Shown here one piece after another: positions 20,482 to 29,995 of a stretch of DNA of 64,000 nt. The stretch lies in NCBI GenBank assembly GCA_948465965.1, contig CAOJYR010000003.1, positions 8,660-72,659 on the forward strand. The letters are read 5' to 3'. Position numbers and translations under genes: made by a program. Below the pieces are notes generated by a model, which searched no databases, was not told the origin of the DNA, and saw only the letters and a list, made by a program, of their open reading frames with translations. The stretch's first letter is position 1, and every line of letters starts with the position of its first letter. This stretch comes from an uncultured Mycoplasmatota bacterium. Its GTDB lineage: Bacteria > Bacillota_I > Bacilli_A > RF39 > UBA660.

Positions 20482-21381
20482 TTAACACTTTCCTTCTTTA
20501 TAATTTTCTTTTGAACCTTTATAGCAGTAATCAAAGGTTTCATTATTTCTTGTAAATTTTATATAGGCAAATACCTTATTCTCTTTTATATAATACCAAC
20601 TTTCTTCATTCGGATAATACTCACTATTACCACTAGACACTAATTGAATAGGAACACTTGCATCGGTTGTAGTCTCATTTGTAATATTATTCGTTATAGC
20701 ATAATTTTGTAATGCTTCATAAACATTATCTGCATACTTTTTTACCTCATTTGAAGTTAAGTTGTTTTCCACACTTATTTTTGTTTTTTTATTACTTATT
20801 ATATTTAGAGAGTAATTGTTTAACTCTGATAATATTTTCTCTTCATTTGTACTGTTTATATTTAACTCATTTGCCTTTTGTAAAAGAGTAGATGTTTCCT
20901 CTTTTATTTCACAATTTATAGCGTAGGCTACAAAATACTTATTTATCTCTTCTTTTATGTTAGAATAGGTCTCTAATGAGCCATAGTTTGTTAAGACTAA
21001 AGTAGTATTATTTATCATTTGTTCTTTATAAAGTTTTTGAATCATTAAGTCAATTGCTTTCGAAATGGATTTTTTTTCGATGTTTTCATTATGGATAAGA
21101 GTTGCGTTTGAATTAAAATATAAGATATTAGAAACTTTGTTATTTTTATCTATTATAAAAGAAAAATTGCAACCAGTCTCATTGGATGTACTGGGTTCAT
21201 TTTGTAAAAAGTCAAATTCAATCATTGTTTGATAATTATTATAATCTATATTTGTATTTAAAAGTTTTAAGTCCTCTTTAAGGTTTGGCCAGTAATTGAT
21301 AAAGGAAATAGCGAGAACTGCTATTACTATAAGTAGTGTGCCTATTCCTTTTATCCAACTGGAGAACTTCATTTCTTGCAT
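20482..21381 (-). CDS. Hypothetical membrane-anchored extracellular protein, 299 aa
   Basis: N-terminal TM segment (IKGIGTLLIVIAVLAISFI). Co-oriented with and immediately downstream of ftsI. Confidence 0.45.
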   Translation of the reverse strand: MQEMKFSSWIKGIGTLLIVIAVLAISFINYWPNLKEDLKLLNTNIDYNNYQTMIEFDFLQNEPSTSNETGCNFSFIIDKNNKVSNILYFNSNATLIHNENIEKKSISKAIDLMIQKLYKEQMINNTTLVLTNYGSLETYSNIKEEINKYFVAYAINCEIKEETSTLLQKANELNINSTNEEKILSELNNYSLNIISNKKTKISVENNLTSNEVKKYADNVYEALQNYAITNNITNETTTDASVPIQLVSSGNSEYYPNEESWYYIKENKVFAYIKFTRNNETFDYCYKGSKENYKEGKC

Positions 21382-21391
21382 TTTTTCACCT

Positions 21392-23554
21392 CTAACTAGT
21401 AAACTTAGGATTTAGGGTAAGTGTTATTTCCATTCCTTCTGTTATTTCAGTGCTTTCACTAACACTTTGACTTGTTACATAACCTACTCCATCTAAATTC
21501 ACCTTTAACCCTAATAATTCTAAGATGTTTTTAGCTACTTTAGATGAAAGTCCTACTGTATTTGGCACAGTATGTGTATTTTCGTTCGTGATTAAATAAA
21601 CTGTATCTTTATTAGTAATTATTTGTTTAGCTTCAGGATATTGTTTAACGATTTTATCCCCTGAACCAATAATATTATAATTTATTCCATTATTTGTTAA
21701 TATGTTTTTAGCAGTGTCTAATTTTTTATTTACCAAACTTGGCAACTTGTAGTCTGTTATTTCTATAGAATTATTATCTCCTTCATCATTTCCATAGTAT
21801 TTTGAAATGTTATTTACTATTTCTTTTACTGCATTGGATATTGGTTTTTGACTTCCTCCTGCTGGTTTTTTTACTGATGCGTAAATAATTATTTGTGGAT
21901 CACTCTTAGGATATATTCCAGAAAACGATGAAATGATATCCTCTTTACCAGATAGGTATCCCTTGCCATTAGAACTCGCTATTTGGGCTGTTCCGGTTTT
22001 ACCTATAAGTTCACCACTATCTATTCTATAACCACTACCAGTATTCCCAATTCCATTGACGCAGTCATCCATTAATTGAATCATTTTTTGAACAGTAGTG
22101 GTTGATGCAACACGTTCTATTTCTGTTTTTTTATTGTTTAGTATTACTTCCTTCGTATCAGGATCTACTATTTTTTCTACTATGTATGGCTCTAGTAACA
22201 TCCCATCATTGGTAAGAGCTGACATTGCTTTGACATTTTGAATTGGAGTTGTTGTAATACCTTGACCAAATCCAGCATTATAAATTTCTGTTTCATATTT
22301 AAAGTCAAGAGTTCCTGCCTCTTCATTAGGTAATGTTATACCTGTCTTTCTACCAAAGCCTAATTTTTTAAAATATTTTCTTAACATAATGCTACTCATA
22401 TGACGATTAATTAAATTGATTACTCCAACATTACTACTCATTGCGTAACCTTTATCATAACTAATAGTACCCCAACCAGTACGATCCCAGTCTCCTATTT
22501 CAGTACCATCTGTTGTAGTATATACTCCAGAGCGATAGGTCTCACTTCCATCATAAACACCATTTTCCATGGCAGCCATATAGGTAAATGTTTTCATTGT
22601 TGATCCTGGCTCATAGGGTGATGAAACTGTATAATCTAAGTAATTGGTAATATCTCTAATATTTGGATCAAATGATGGTGAAGTTGATGTTGCAAGAACT
22701 GCTCCTGTTTTTGCATCCATAATTGTTATATTGAACCATTCAAAACCATATTCTTGTTTGGCCTTATTTAGTGCTTGTTCTACAAAGAATTCTATATTAC
22801 TATCAATTGTTAAATAAATATCTTTTCCTTGTGATGCTTCTTTTCTTACTTCAGGGCTATCCGCTATTTTATATCCTTTTAGATCCTTTTGATAGGTAAC
22901 GTAACCATTCTCACCCTTTAAAATTTTATCATAGTATTTTTCAATTCCCATCTCACCTGTTGTAGTTTCTGTGTTATTTACTTCATCTACTTTAGTTTTG
23001 GCATAACCTATGGTATATGATGCAAAATTTCCTTTTGGGTAATATCTTTTATAACTCTCTATAAAATCTAGTCCCGGCAAATTTAAATCCATTATTTTAT
23101 TTTTTGTTAGTTCATTTAATCCCTTACCTTTTGCACCAAACTCTGTTTGATATACATTTTCTTTTGAAAGGTATCCTAGTACTTCTTCTTCAGTCATTTC
23201 TAAAATTGGTGCAAGTGCTTTAGCTGTTTCTTCCTTGTTTACAACATGTTGTGGTTTGTTTTTGTTTGTTGTTCTTTTAGAATCTAGATAAGCAATTAAT
23301 TTGTATGAAGCAACATTTTGTGCTAAAACATCTCCTGTTTTTGAATAAATACTACCGCGTTCAGCTGGAAGTATTTCAGTTTTGGTTGTTCTTTTATTCG
23401 CTAATTCCTTTAAATTCACTCCATCTACTTCCGTTGATAAGGCAAGTTGTAGAACTCTTAATATAATTAAGACAAACAAAAGAAGAGAAATAAGTATGAT
23501 TAGTTTGGAATACTTTATATTATTTCTCTTCTTCTTTTTCTTCAATTCAACCAC
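21392..23554 (-). CDS. ftsI: Class B penicillin-binding protein with two C-terminal PASTA domains (FtsI/PBP2B-type septal transpeptidase)
   Basis: TM anchor, then a transpeptidase domain with STMK, SSN and KTGTA motifs, then two PASTA domains. It directly follows ftsL in the mraZ-rsmH-ftsL operon. Confidence 0.85.
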   Translation of the reverse strand: MVELKKKKKRNNIKYSKLIILISLLLFVLIILRVLQLALSTEVDGVNLKELANKRTTKTEILPAERGSIYSKTGDVLAQNVASYKLIAYLDSKRTTNKNKPQHVVNKEETAKALAPILEMTEEEVLGYLSKENVYQTEFGAKGKGLNELTKNKIMDLNLPGLDFIESYKRYYPKGNFASYTIGYAKTKVDEVNNTETTTGEMGIEKYYDKILKGENGYVTYQKDLKGYKIADSPEVRKEASQGKDIYLTIDSNIEFFVEQALNKAKQEYGFEWFNITIMDAKTGAVLATSTSPSFDPNIRDITNYLDYTVSSPYEPGSTMKTFTYMAAMENGVYDGSETYRSGVYTTTDGTEIGDWDRTGWGTISYDKGYAMSSNVGVINLINRHMSSIMLRKYFKKLGFGRKTGITLPNEEAGTLDFKYETEIYNAGFGQGITTTPIQNVKAMSALTNDGMLLEPYIVEKIVDPDTKEVILNNKKTEIERVASTTTVQKMIQLMDDCVNGIGNTGSGYRIDSGELIGKTGTAQIASSNGKGYLSGKEDIISSFSGIYPKSDPQIIIYASVKKPAGGSQKPISNAVKEIVNNISKYYGNDEGDNNSIEITDYKLPSLVNKKLDTAKNILTNNGINYNIIGSGDKIVKQYPEAKQIITNKDTVYLITNENTHTVPNTVGLSSKVAKNILELLGLKVNLDGVGYVTSQSVSESTEITEGMEITLTLNPKFTS

Positions 23555-23557
23555 GTC

Positions 23558-23857
23558 CTATTTATTCTCAGTTACTGTTTTGATATTATTATTATTATAA
23601 CTCAAACCTTCAGCTTCTGCAACTTCTTGAATTTTAGTGAGAGAAGCCAATTCATTAATGGTCATTGCTAGACTTTCATTTGTTTTTTGTTGTTCTTCTA
23701 TTTTTTGTTTTTCTTTTTCTACCTCATAGTTTATATTAGCAAGCGTAGCTTTAGAAAACACGATCGATACTGGAGATATAACTAGTAAAAAAAGTGCAAG
23801 TGTATATATTAATCTTTCAAATTTAGACATTTTTAATCTTTTTTTTACTTTTCTCAT
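23558..23857 (-). CDS. ftsL: Cell division protein FtsL
   Basis: Small bitopic protein with a basic N-terminus, a TM helix and an extracellular coiled coil. Conserved position between rsmH and ftsI. Confidence 0.7.
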   Translation of the reverse strand: MRKVKKRLKMSKFERLIYTLALFLLVISPVSIVFSKATLANINYEVEKEKQKIEEQQKTNESLAMTINELASLTKIQEVAEAEGLSYNNNNIKTVTENK

Positions 23858-23872
23858 CGTATCTATCTCCTT

Positions 23873-24802
23873 TTATTTTACTTTTTCTATTACTCTAAGT
23901 TTTGCACTTCTTGCGCGAGGATTAGTTTCCAGTTCTTCTTTGCTTGGAGTAATTGCTTTATTAATAACCAATTTAAAATCTGGTAAGTACTCACTCGGAA
24001 TATTAGGCATCCCTTGTATCTTGGGATCTATCCTACATTTTTCTTTAAAATATTTTTTAACAAGTCTATCTTCTAAAGAATGAAAGGTAATGACTGCTAC
24101 TCTTCCACCTACTTTTATTAATGATAGAGCTTGTTCTAAGGCTGGTTCAATAACATCTAGTTCGTGATTCACTTCAATTCTTATCGCCTGAAATATTTGA
24201 CGAGCTGGATGTTTATCCTTTCTAAATTTCATTGGTACAGCACTTTTTATAATTTCAACTAATTCTAAAGTAGATTCTATTTCTTTGTTTTCTCTATACT
24301 CAACAATTTTTTTGGCAATATTTCTTGAAAATTTATCCTCTCCATATTTATAAAAAATATTAGAAAGCTCTTCTTTAGAATAGTTATTGACAATTTCATA
24401 AGCAGATATAGGATTATTTTGATTCATGCGCATATCAAGACGTGCATCCTCATGATAAGAAAATCCTCTTTTTGCATCATCTAATTGAGGAGAAGATACT
24501 CCTAAATCAAAAAGAATTCCATCTACTTCTTCTATATTTTCTTCTTGTAATTTTTCTTTTAAATGAACAAAATTACTGTTGATGATAGTAAAGTTAGTAC
24601 CGATATTTTTTAGCCTATCGGTACTATGCCGAATTGCTTCACTATCTTGGTCAAAGGCGAATAAATGCCCCTTTTTTATTCTAGACAAGATGTAACTACT
24701 GTGTCCTCCATAGCCTAAGGTACAATCTACAATGATACTATCTTCTTTTAAATTTAAAGCCTTGATAGATTCTTCTTTTAACACACTAATATGTTTTTCC
24801 AT
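23873..24802 (-). CDS. rsmH: 16S rRNA (cytosine1402-N4)-methyltransferase RsmH (MraW)
   Basis: Conserved RsmH motifs: VDCTLGYGGHS, a DQD acidic triad (LFAFDQDSEAI) and FDLGVSSPQLD. Overlaps the mraZ stop by 1 nt. Confidence 0.9.
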   Translation of the reverse strand: MEKHISVLKEESIKALNLKEDSIIVDCTLGYGGHSSYILSRIKKGHLFAFDQDSEAIRHSTDRLKNIGTNFTIINSNFVHLKEKLQEENIEEVDGILFDLGVSSPQLDDAKRGFSYHEDARLDMRMNQNNPISAYEIVNNYSKEELSNIFYKYGEDKFSRNIAKKIVEYRENKEIESTLELVEIIKSAVPMKFRKDKHPARQIFQAIRIEVNHELDVIEPALEQALSLIKVGGRVAVITFHSLEDRLVKKYFKEKCRIDPKIQGMPNIPSEYLPDFKLVINKAITPSKEELETNPRARSAKLRVIEKVK

Positions 24803-25239
24803 TATAAATTCACACTTTCATTAAATAAATTTTCGGCTATATCTGACATGTTGTCTTTAGCAGAATTGAAGAAATCATCCCATGATTCTTTGGACCATAT
24901 TTCTAACCGGTCTCCTGTGCCAATAATAACACACTCTTTTTTTATATCAGCATAGGAAATTAAAGGGGAGGTAATATTAATACGACCCTGTTTATCAAAT
25001 TCTGCTACAGTAGCTCCTGATAGGAAGAAACGTGTAAAAGTACGTGCATCCCTTTTAGTAAATGGTAGGGTTTCTAGTTTATTCACAATATGTTCCCAAT
25101 TGTCTTTAGGATAGACAAAAAGACAGTTTTCAATACCACGAGTTATAACAAACTCATCTCCTAAATCATTACGAAATTTAGAAGGTATTATCAGTCTATT
25201 CTTATCATCAATTGAATGATGATATTCTCCCATGAACAT
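24802..25239 (-). CDS. mraZ: Transcriptional regulator MraZ. Start trimmed to MFMGEYHH.
   Basis: The conserved MFMGEY N-terminus and a second MraZ half-domain are present. The ORF-track start lies 33 nt upstream, inside the operator region. Confidence 0.85.
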   Translation of the reverse strand: MFMGEYHHSIDDKNRLIIPSKFRNDLGDEFVITRGIENCLFVYPKDNWEHIVNKLETLPFTKRDARTFTRFFLSGATVAEFDKQGRINITSPLISYADIKKECVIIGTGDRLEIWSKESWDDFFNSAKDNMSDIAENLFNESVNL

Positions 25240-25243
25240 AGAT

Positions 25244-25278
25244 ATCCCCCACTTTTCACCACCAGTTACCACTGATTA
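25244..25278 (-). promoter_or_regulatory. MraZ operator. Three direct GTGG(T/G)G repeats at 10-bp phasing lie just upstream of the mraZ start.
   Basis: The minus strand reads caGTGGTaactgGTGGTGaaaaGTGGGGgatatct-ATG. This matches the known MraZ box architecture of GTGGG-type repeats with 10-nt spacing. Confidence 0.65.
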
Positions 25279-25546
25279 ACTATATAATACCTAATTCAAG
25301 GTTAAAAGTAAATATAGAAAAGAAAAAAAATTGAAATTTTACATATCTTTACAAAAAAATAAGCCAAATCATCTTGACTTATTTTAAATTATATTTTTTG
25401 TTAAATTTTTCTATTTGAGATAATCTTTTTATTTTGATGTTTGTATCTTTGTTTTCATTAATTTGTGTTCTTGATACTTTCTTTTTAGATTTTTATTTTT
25501 CATATTATCCCCTCAATGGCACACATTATTGCACATAATTGGTTTT

Positions 25547-25575
25547 TTAGCAAAAAAAGGCTCTTTTGAGCCATT
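25547..25575 (-). terminator. Rho-independent terminator of thrS
   Basis: Minus strand reads GGCTCAAAAGAGCC followed by TTTTTTTGC. Confidence 0.7.
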
Positions 25576-27337
25576 ATTTTCTTCTACTTTTGTTTTTTAT
25601 TTCTTCTGTAATCAATTTAACAAATTCATCTACTTTTAGAGTTGTTGTTTCCTTTTGACCATGAAGGCGATAACTTACTGTATTCTCTTCTTTTTCTTTA
25701 TCGCCAAGAATCAAAGTATATGGCACTTTAGAAGTTTGCGCCTCACGAAGACGATAGCCTAACTTTTCATTACGATCATCTAATTCTGCCCTTATTCCAA
25801 CTTCTTTTAATTTATTTGTTACCTCTTTGGCATAGTCGCCTTGAAATTCAGGATTAACTGGAATCGTTTTTACTTGTATTGGCGATAGCCAGGTTGGAAG
25901 TGCACCTTTTGTTTCTTCTATAATAAAGGCTGTAAATCTGTCGAATGTTCCAAATATCGCTCTATGTAGGACAACAGGTATTTGTTTTTCTCCTTTGTTG
26001 TCAATATATGATAAATCAAATTTTCTTGGTAATAGGAAATCTAGTTGACATGTTGAAAGTGTTACTTCTGGTCCCACAGCTGGTTTTACTTCAACGTCTA
26101 GTTTTGGCCCATAGAATGCAGCCTCCCCTTCAGCTTCGAAATAATCTACTCCTAAATCATTTAATACCCCTCTTAATTTATTTTCAGCATTATCCCACAT
26201 TTCATCATCATCAAAATATTTTTCTTTATCTTCTTTATCACGTAGAGATAATCTAAATTTATAATCTTTAATACCAAAATCTTTATAAACATCTAAAATT
26301 AGACTTACTACACGTTTAAATTCTTCACCGATTTGCTCTGGAGTTACAAATAAATGGGCATCATTTTGGCACATACAACGTACTCTTTCTAATCCTTTAA
26401 CCGCTCCACTTGCTTCATATCTAAAGTCTGTTGCGAACTCTCCTATTCTTATTGGTAAATCGCGATAAGAATGCATTTTGTTTTTATATACTAACATATG
26501 ATGAGGACAATTCATTGGACGAAGAACAAATTCTTCTTCATCAACTTTCATCATTGGGAACATATTTTCTTTATAGTGATCCCAATGACCTGATGTTTTG
26601 TATAAATCCACTGTTCCAACACATGGAGTGTAGACATGAGAATAACCTAATTTTTGTTCCTTTTCATAAATATAATTTTCTAATTGTTTTCGGATAAGAG
26701 CACCATTTGGAAGCCATAAAGGCATACCTGAACCAACTAACTCATGGTTCATAAATAATTCTTGTTCGCGCCCTATTTTTCTATGATCACGCATTTTTGC
26801 CTCTTCTATTAATCTTAGATGCTCTTTAAGTTCTTCTTCTGTTTCATAGCAAACTCCATAGATACGTTGAAGCATTTTATTCTTAGCGTCACCTTTCCAA
26901 TAAGCACCACTTACTTTTAATAATTTAAAGTGTTTTAATTTTTTTACCGTGTCTAGATGTGGCCCACGACAAAGGTCAGTAAAATCTCCTTGACTATAGC
27001 AACTAATAATAGTTTCTTCTTCATTCATTCTAGAGATTAAATCTATTTTATATGGATCATCTTTAAATTTTTCTAAAGCTTGTTCTTTGGAGATTTCTTC
27101 TCTTACAATTCTTTTGCCATCTTTGGCTATTTTTTTCATTTCTTTTTCAATTTTCGGTAAGTCTTCTTCTGTTAAGGATGTATCTCCCAAATCTATATCA
27201 TAATAAAATCCTTCTTCTATTACTGGCCCTACCCAAAATAATGCATTTGGATACAGGTGTTTTACTGCTTGTGCTAGTAAGTGAGCACAAGAGTGGTTCA
27301 TTATACTTAATTGTTCATTTTCTTTAATATTTATCAT
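25574..27337 (-). CDS. thrS: Threonine--tRNA ligase, 587 aa. It lacks the N-terminal TGS domain and begins at the N2/editing domain.
   Basis: HSCAHLLAQAV opens the editing domain. Class II aaRS motifs and the anticodon-binding domain are present. AAGGAGGAAG SD upstream. Confidence 0.9.
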   Translation of the reverse strand: MINIKENEQLSIMNHSCAHLLAQAVKHLYPNALFWVGPVIEEGFYYDIDLGDTSLTEEDLPKIEKEMKKIAKDGKRIVREEISKEQALEKFKDDPYKIDLISRMNEEETIISCYSQGDFTDLCRGPHLDTVKKLKHFKLLKVSGAYWKGDAKNKMLQRIYGVCYETEEELKEHLRLIEEAKMRDHRKIGREQELFMNHELVGSGMPLWLPNGALIRKQLENYIYEKEQKLGYSHVYTPCVGTVDLYKTSGHWDHYKENMFPMMKVDEEEFVLRPMNCPHHMLVYKNKMHSYRDLPIRIGEFATDFRYEASGAVKGLERVRCMCQNDAHLFVTPEQIGEEFKRVVSLILDVYKDFGIKDYKFRLSLRDKEDKEKYFDDDEMWDNAENKLRGVLNDLGVDYFEAEGEAAFYGPKLDVEVKPAVGPEVTLSTCQLDFLLPRKFDLSYIDNKGEKQIPVVLHRAIFGTFDRFTAFIIEETKGALPTWLSPIQVKTIPVNPEFQGDYAKEVTNKLKEVGIRAELDDRNEKLGYRLREAQTSKVPYTLILGDKEKEENTVSYRLHGQKETTTLKVDEFVKLITEEIKNKSRRK

Positions 27338-27573
27338 TTTCTTCTTCCTCCTTGATTTTCTTGTTTTACCTCTTCGGCAATTACATTTTTTAATTCATTC
27401 CTTATTTGTAAGATTTCCTTTTTTATTAACTCCAATTCTTCTTTACTTTTTGTAGTAGCTTGTTTTAGATAAAGATTATGTAATTTATCTCTTAATTCTT
27501 TTTTAGTCATCTTTTTCCTCCTGGTTCCATTTAGATAACTTATAAATTTTTGTTTTTTCTTCACCAATGTCAC
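27334..27573 (-). CDS. Putative small basic coiled-coil protein (79 aa, or 58 aa from the internal Met). Its stop overlaps the thrS ATG (ATGA).
   Basis: The only evidence is the ORF and its translational coupling to thrS. It overlaps the upstream ORF by 71 nt. It may not be expressed. Confidence 0.25.
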   Translation of the reverse strand: MTLVKKKQKFISYLNGTRRKKMTKKELRDKLHNLYLKQATTKSKEELELIKKEILQIRNELKNVIAEEVKQENQGGRRK

Positions 27574-28072
27574 TACTGAACTTTACTTGCTCTGTTGGAA
27601 AAGGAATCACTTTTTTTACCTTTTCTTCAAAGATAAAGGAATCGTCTCCTTCTTTTTTATATAAATCAAAATCTCTTTCCTCTGTAATATCCAAATAGTC
27701 TTCTAGAAATTCGCAATATTTTTTTCGCGATTTCGACTGTATCGTTTGATTATTTATATTTAGTAAAATAGTAATGGCTTCTATTGATGATACTGTTTCT
27801 AAATATTTCTTTACTATGTCTGGTAGATTTTCATAATTTATAACTGGAAAACAAATAGAAAACTTATTAGCAATAGCTATTTCAAACAGTTCTTTAAGTG
27901 TTTGATTTTCTTCTTGTATCCATTTATACAACAAAAACGTAATGTTTTTATTATTCAGACGCTTTTTCATTTCATTTATAGCAAGATTATAGTTTATGAG
28001 GTTTTCACTTCTTAATAATGCTAATAAATATTGATCATTCATATTCTGTACTTTTATAGGTCTAATTTTCAT
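27503..28072 (-). CDS. Hypothetical protein (189 aa), the first gene after the T-box leader
   Basis: ATG with a TAGGAGAAAAAT SD placed directly after the T-box terminator. No family recognised. Confidence 0.45.
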   Translation of the reverse strand: MKIRPIKVQNMNDQYLLALLRSENLINYNLAINEMKKRLNNKNITFLLYKWIQEENQTLKELFEIAIANKFSICFPVINYENLPDIVKKYLETVSSIEAITILLNINNQTIQSKSRKKYCEFLEDYLDITEERDFDLYKKEGDDSFIFEEKVKKVIPFPTEQVKFSSDIGEEKTKIYKLSKWNQEEKDD

Positions 28073-28077
28073 ATTTT

Positions 28078-28335
28078 TCTCCTAACAAAAACTCCTAACT
28101 TACCATTCTATTTATATAATAGGTAAATTAGGAGTGCATATACACGGTACCATCCATAGTTTTTCTTAATTTATATAACGACATTAGCCGGAATTACTTT
28201 TCATAATTCTACTCGAAAGGTAGTAATAAATTAAGCTTTCATTCGTTTTCACCAACCACGAACTCTCTTTATCAAGTTATTAATTTATCTTGTCCTTTGT
28301 CAATGTATTTCAACAAATTAATCATAACATTAAAT
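28078..28335 (-). promoter_or_regulatory. T-box riboswitch leader, probably Thr-specific
   Basis: Minus-strand features, in order:
- promoter TTGACA-N17-ATAACT
- Stem I beginning AGAGAG
- ACUACC in the putative specifier region
- T-box sequence UAUGGAUGGUACCGUG (consensus GGGUGGNACCGCG)
- terminator CUCCUAAUUUACC...GGUAAGUUAGGAG followed by UUUUUGUU. Confidence 0.6.
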
Positions 28336-28368
28336 TTATTTTTTTTCAACTAGTATTATTTAAAATAT

Positions 28369-29091
28369 TTATTCATTTTTGTGTTGTATATCATATATTA
28401 ATTGTTTTATTTTTTCTTTATTACTGTTAGTTATTTCTGTATTTGTTTTATTCTCTATATCTATATAATAAGTTTGTTTTTCCTGTAGTTCTTTGTAGGC
28501 AGCATACCTTTTGTCAAATTCTTTCTTTGCTTTTTCATAATTTATTACGTCAAGTTTTAATCTAAGGTAAATATCACATACAATCTTTGTGTAAATTTCT
28601 TTGTGTTCTTTTATAAGAAGTAAATCTTTCATCATTTCTTCGAATTGGTAAGGCAGATGAAGTTCTCTTGTATTTTTTTGCGAGATGATTTCTTTTGGAA
28701 TTTCAACATCTGCTACTATGTCATAATATTCTCCATTCCTTTTGATACAATATATTTTTGTGTATCCATAATTTATAATTTTTCTTTCTTTATCATATCC
28801 AAAGTTATCTTTTTTTAAATTATTATCTGGTTTATACTCTATAGTTTCAAATTTATAAGCATTGTATGCTACTTGTTTTATGGGGCAAAAAGCATCACGT
28901 TCTTTTGGGACTAATTTTTTTGTTTTAACTAAAGCTGTATAGCTTTGAGGTGAATTACTATTATTGTGATTTAAAGAATGATACTCTTCACAAGTTAATT
29001 CTTTATTTTCATAAAGGCTAATTATAGTTTTATATGGTTCTCTTTCTATTAAAGATAATTCATAATATATTTCTTCATTATTATTTTCCAT
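28369..29091 (-). CDS. Hypothetical protein, 240 aa
   Basis: ORF co-oriented with its neighbours. No family recognised. Confidence 0.4.
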   Translation of the reverse strand: MENNNEEIYYELSLIEREPYKTIISLYENKELTCEEYHSLNHNNSNSPQSYTALVKTKKLVPKERDAFCPIKQVAYNAYKFETIEYKPDNNLKKDNFGYDKERKIINYGYTKIYCIKRNGEYYDIVADVEIPKEIISQKNTRELHLPYQFEEMMKDLLLIKEHKEIYTKIVCDIYLRLKLDVINYEKAKKEFDKRYAAYKELQEKQTYYIDIENKTNTEITNSNKEKIKQLIYDIQHKNE

Positions 29092-29113
29092 ATTTTTATC
29101 CCCTTTTATTTAC

Positions 29114-29908
29114 TTAACGACTCGTCCAAGATGATGGAACACTCATAACTGATTGTAGGCCATAGAATCCTTGATTTAGTCGTCTAATTCCATAATTGAA
29201 GAATCTACCTAAATCAGCACAATTGGAATCATTTTTATCAAATATGGCACAATCTACTACTGCTAGATGTAAGTGTGTTCCTGTTGCAATGCCTGTTCTT
29301 CCCATATAACCTAAATAATCATTTATGGTTACTTCTTTTCCAATATATAAATCTGGAGCATAACTTGATAGGTGAACATACTGCGATGTGTAGTTTGTTC
29401 CATTAATATTATGATTTACTGTTACTATTTTAGCTCCAGCTGAATCAGTATATATTCCTGATATTTTTCCATTGGCAATTGGATAAATTGCTTCGCTTGT
29501 ACCTCTAGGACTCGTTATATCTAGAGCGTAATGGGAGTAAGTTAAACCATTACTTATAGTACCCATTTCACATGGTAAGTACCAAATCCTTCTGTTTTCT
29601 ATATTTTCTGCTATAGAATCATTTTTGCTTGGAAGTAATATCTCTTTCGGTGCTTCTACAGATGTCATTTTTTGATAATTATTTATTACCTGGATAATGG
29701 GGTTTGCTTTTTCTACTTCTTTTTTTGTTGTTATATTTGCTGTAGCCATATCTTTAATATTAATATTTTCATAGGTGATTGTATAATTATTATTTTCTTG
29801 CTTCTCATACACACTATACATATTTATCCCACAAGAAATTAATATCAATGCTACTGATATTGTAATTAAACTCTTTCCTTTTAAAATATATAGATCTACC
29901 TGAGACAT
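29114..29908 (-). CDS. Membrane-anchored M23 (LytM-type) peptidoglycan endopeptidase
   Basis: N-terminal TM anchor. The C-terminal M23 domain has an intact HxH motif (GYMGRTGIATGTHLHLAV) and an upstream HxxxD-like segment. Confidence 0.7.
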   Translation of the reverse strand: MSQVDLYILKGKSLITISVALILISCGINMYSVYEKQENNNYTITYENINIKDMATANITTKKEVEKANPIIQVINNYQKMTSVEAPKEILLPSKNDSIAENIENRRIWYLPCEMGTISNGLTYSHYALDITSPRGTSEAIYPIANGKISGIYTDSAGAKIVTVNHNINGTNYTSQYVHLSSYAPDLYIGKEVTINDYLGYMGRTGIATGTHLHLAVVDCAIFDKNDSNCADLGRFFNYGIRRLNQGFYGLQSVMSVPSSWTSR

Positions 29909-29933
29909 AAAAACCCCCTTGAAACAGGGGTTA
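29908..29933 (-). terminator. Rho-independent terminator of dnaI, directly abutting the M23 peptidase start codon
   Basis: Minus strand reads AACCCCTGTTTCAAGGGGG-TTTTT-ATG. Confidence 0.65.
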
Positions 29934-29995
29934 TAATAACATATTCTTTTCTTTTTGTCAAAATTTCACTTTTCCTTTTATATACCTAATTTCTA

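Noticed and set aside
25280-25546. Possible 24-aa mini-ORF (MKNKNLKRKYQEHKLMKTKIQTSK) in the mraZ upstream region
   Set aside because: It has no SD, a low-complexity basic sequence and lies within the promoter region. It is most likely non-coding.
27334-27573. A 79-aa ORF (ORF track 27334..27573), which overlaps the upstream 189-aa ORF by 71 nt, considered as a split N-terminal (TGS) domain of ThrRS
   Set aside because: Its sequence (basic, coiled-coil-like) bears no resemblance to the TGS beta-grasp domain. It is kept only as a low-confidence feature.
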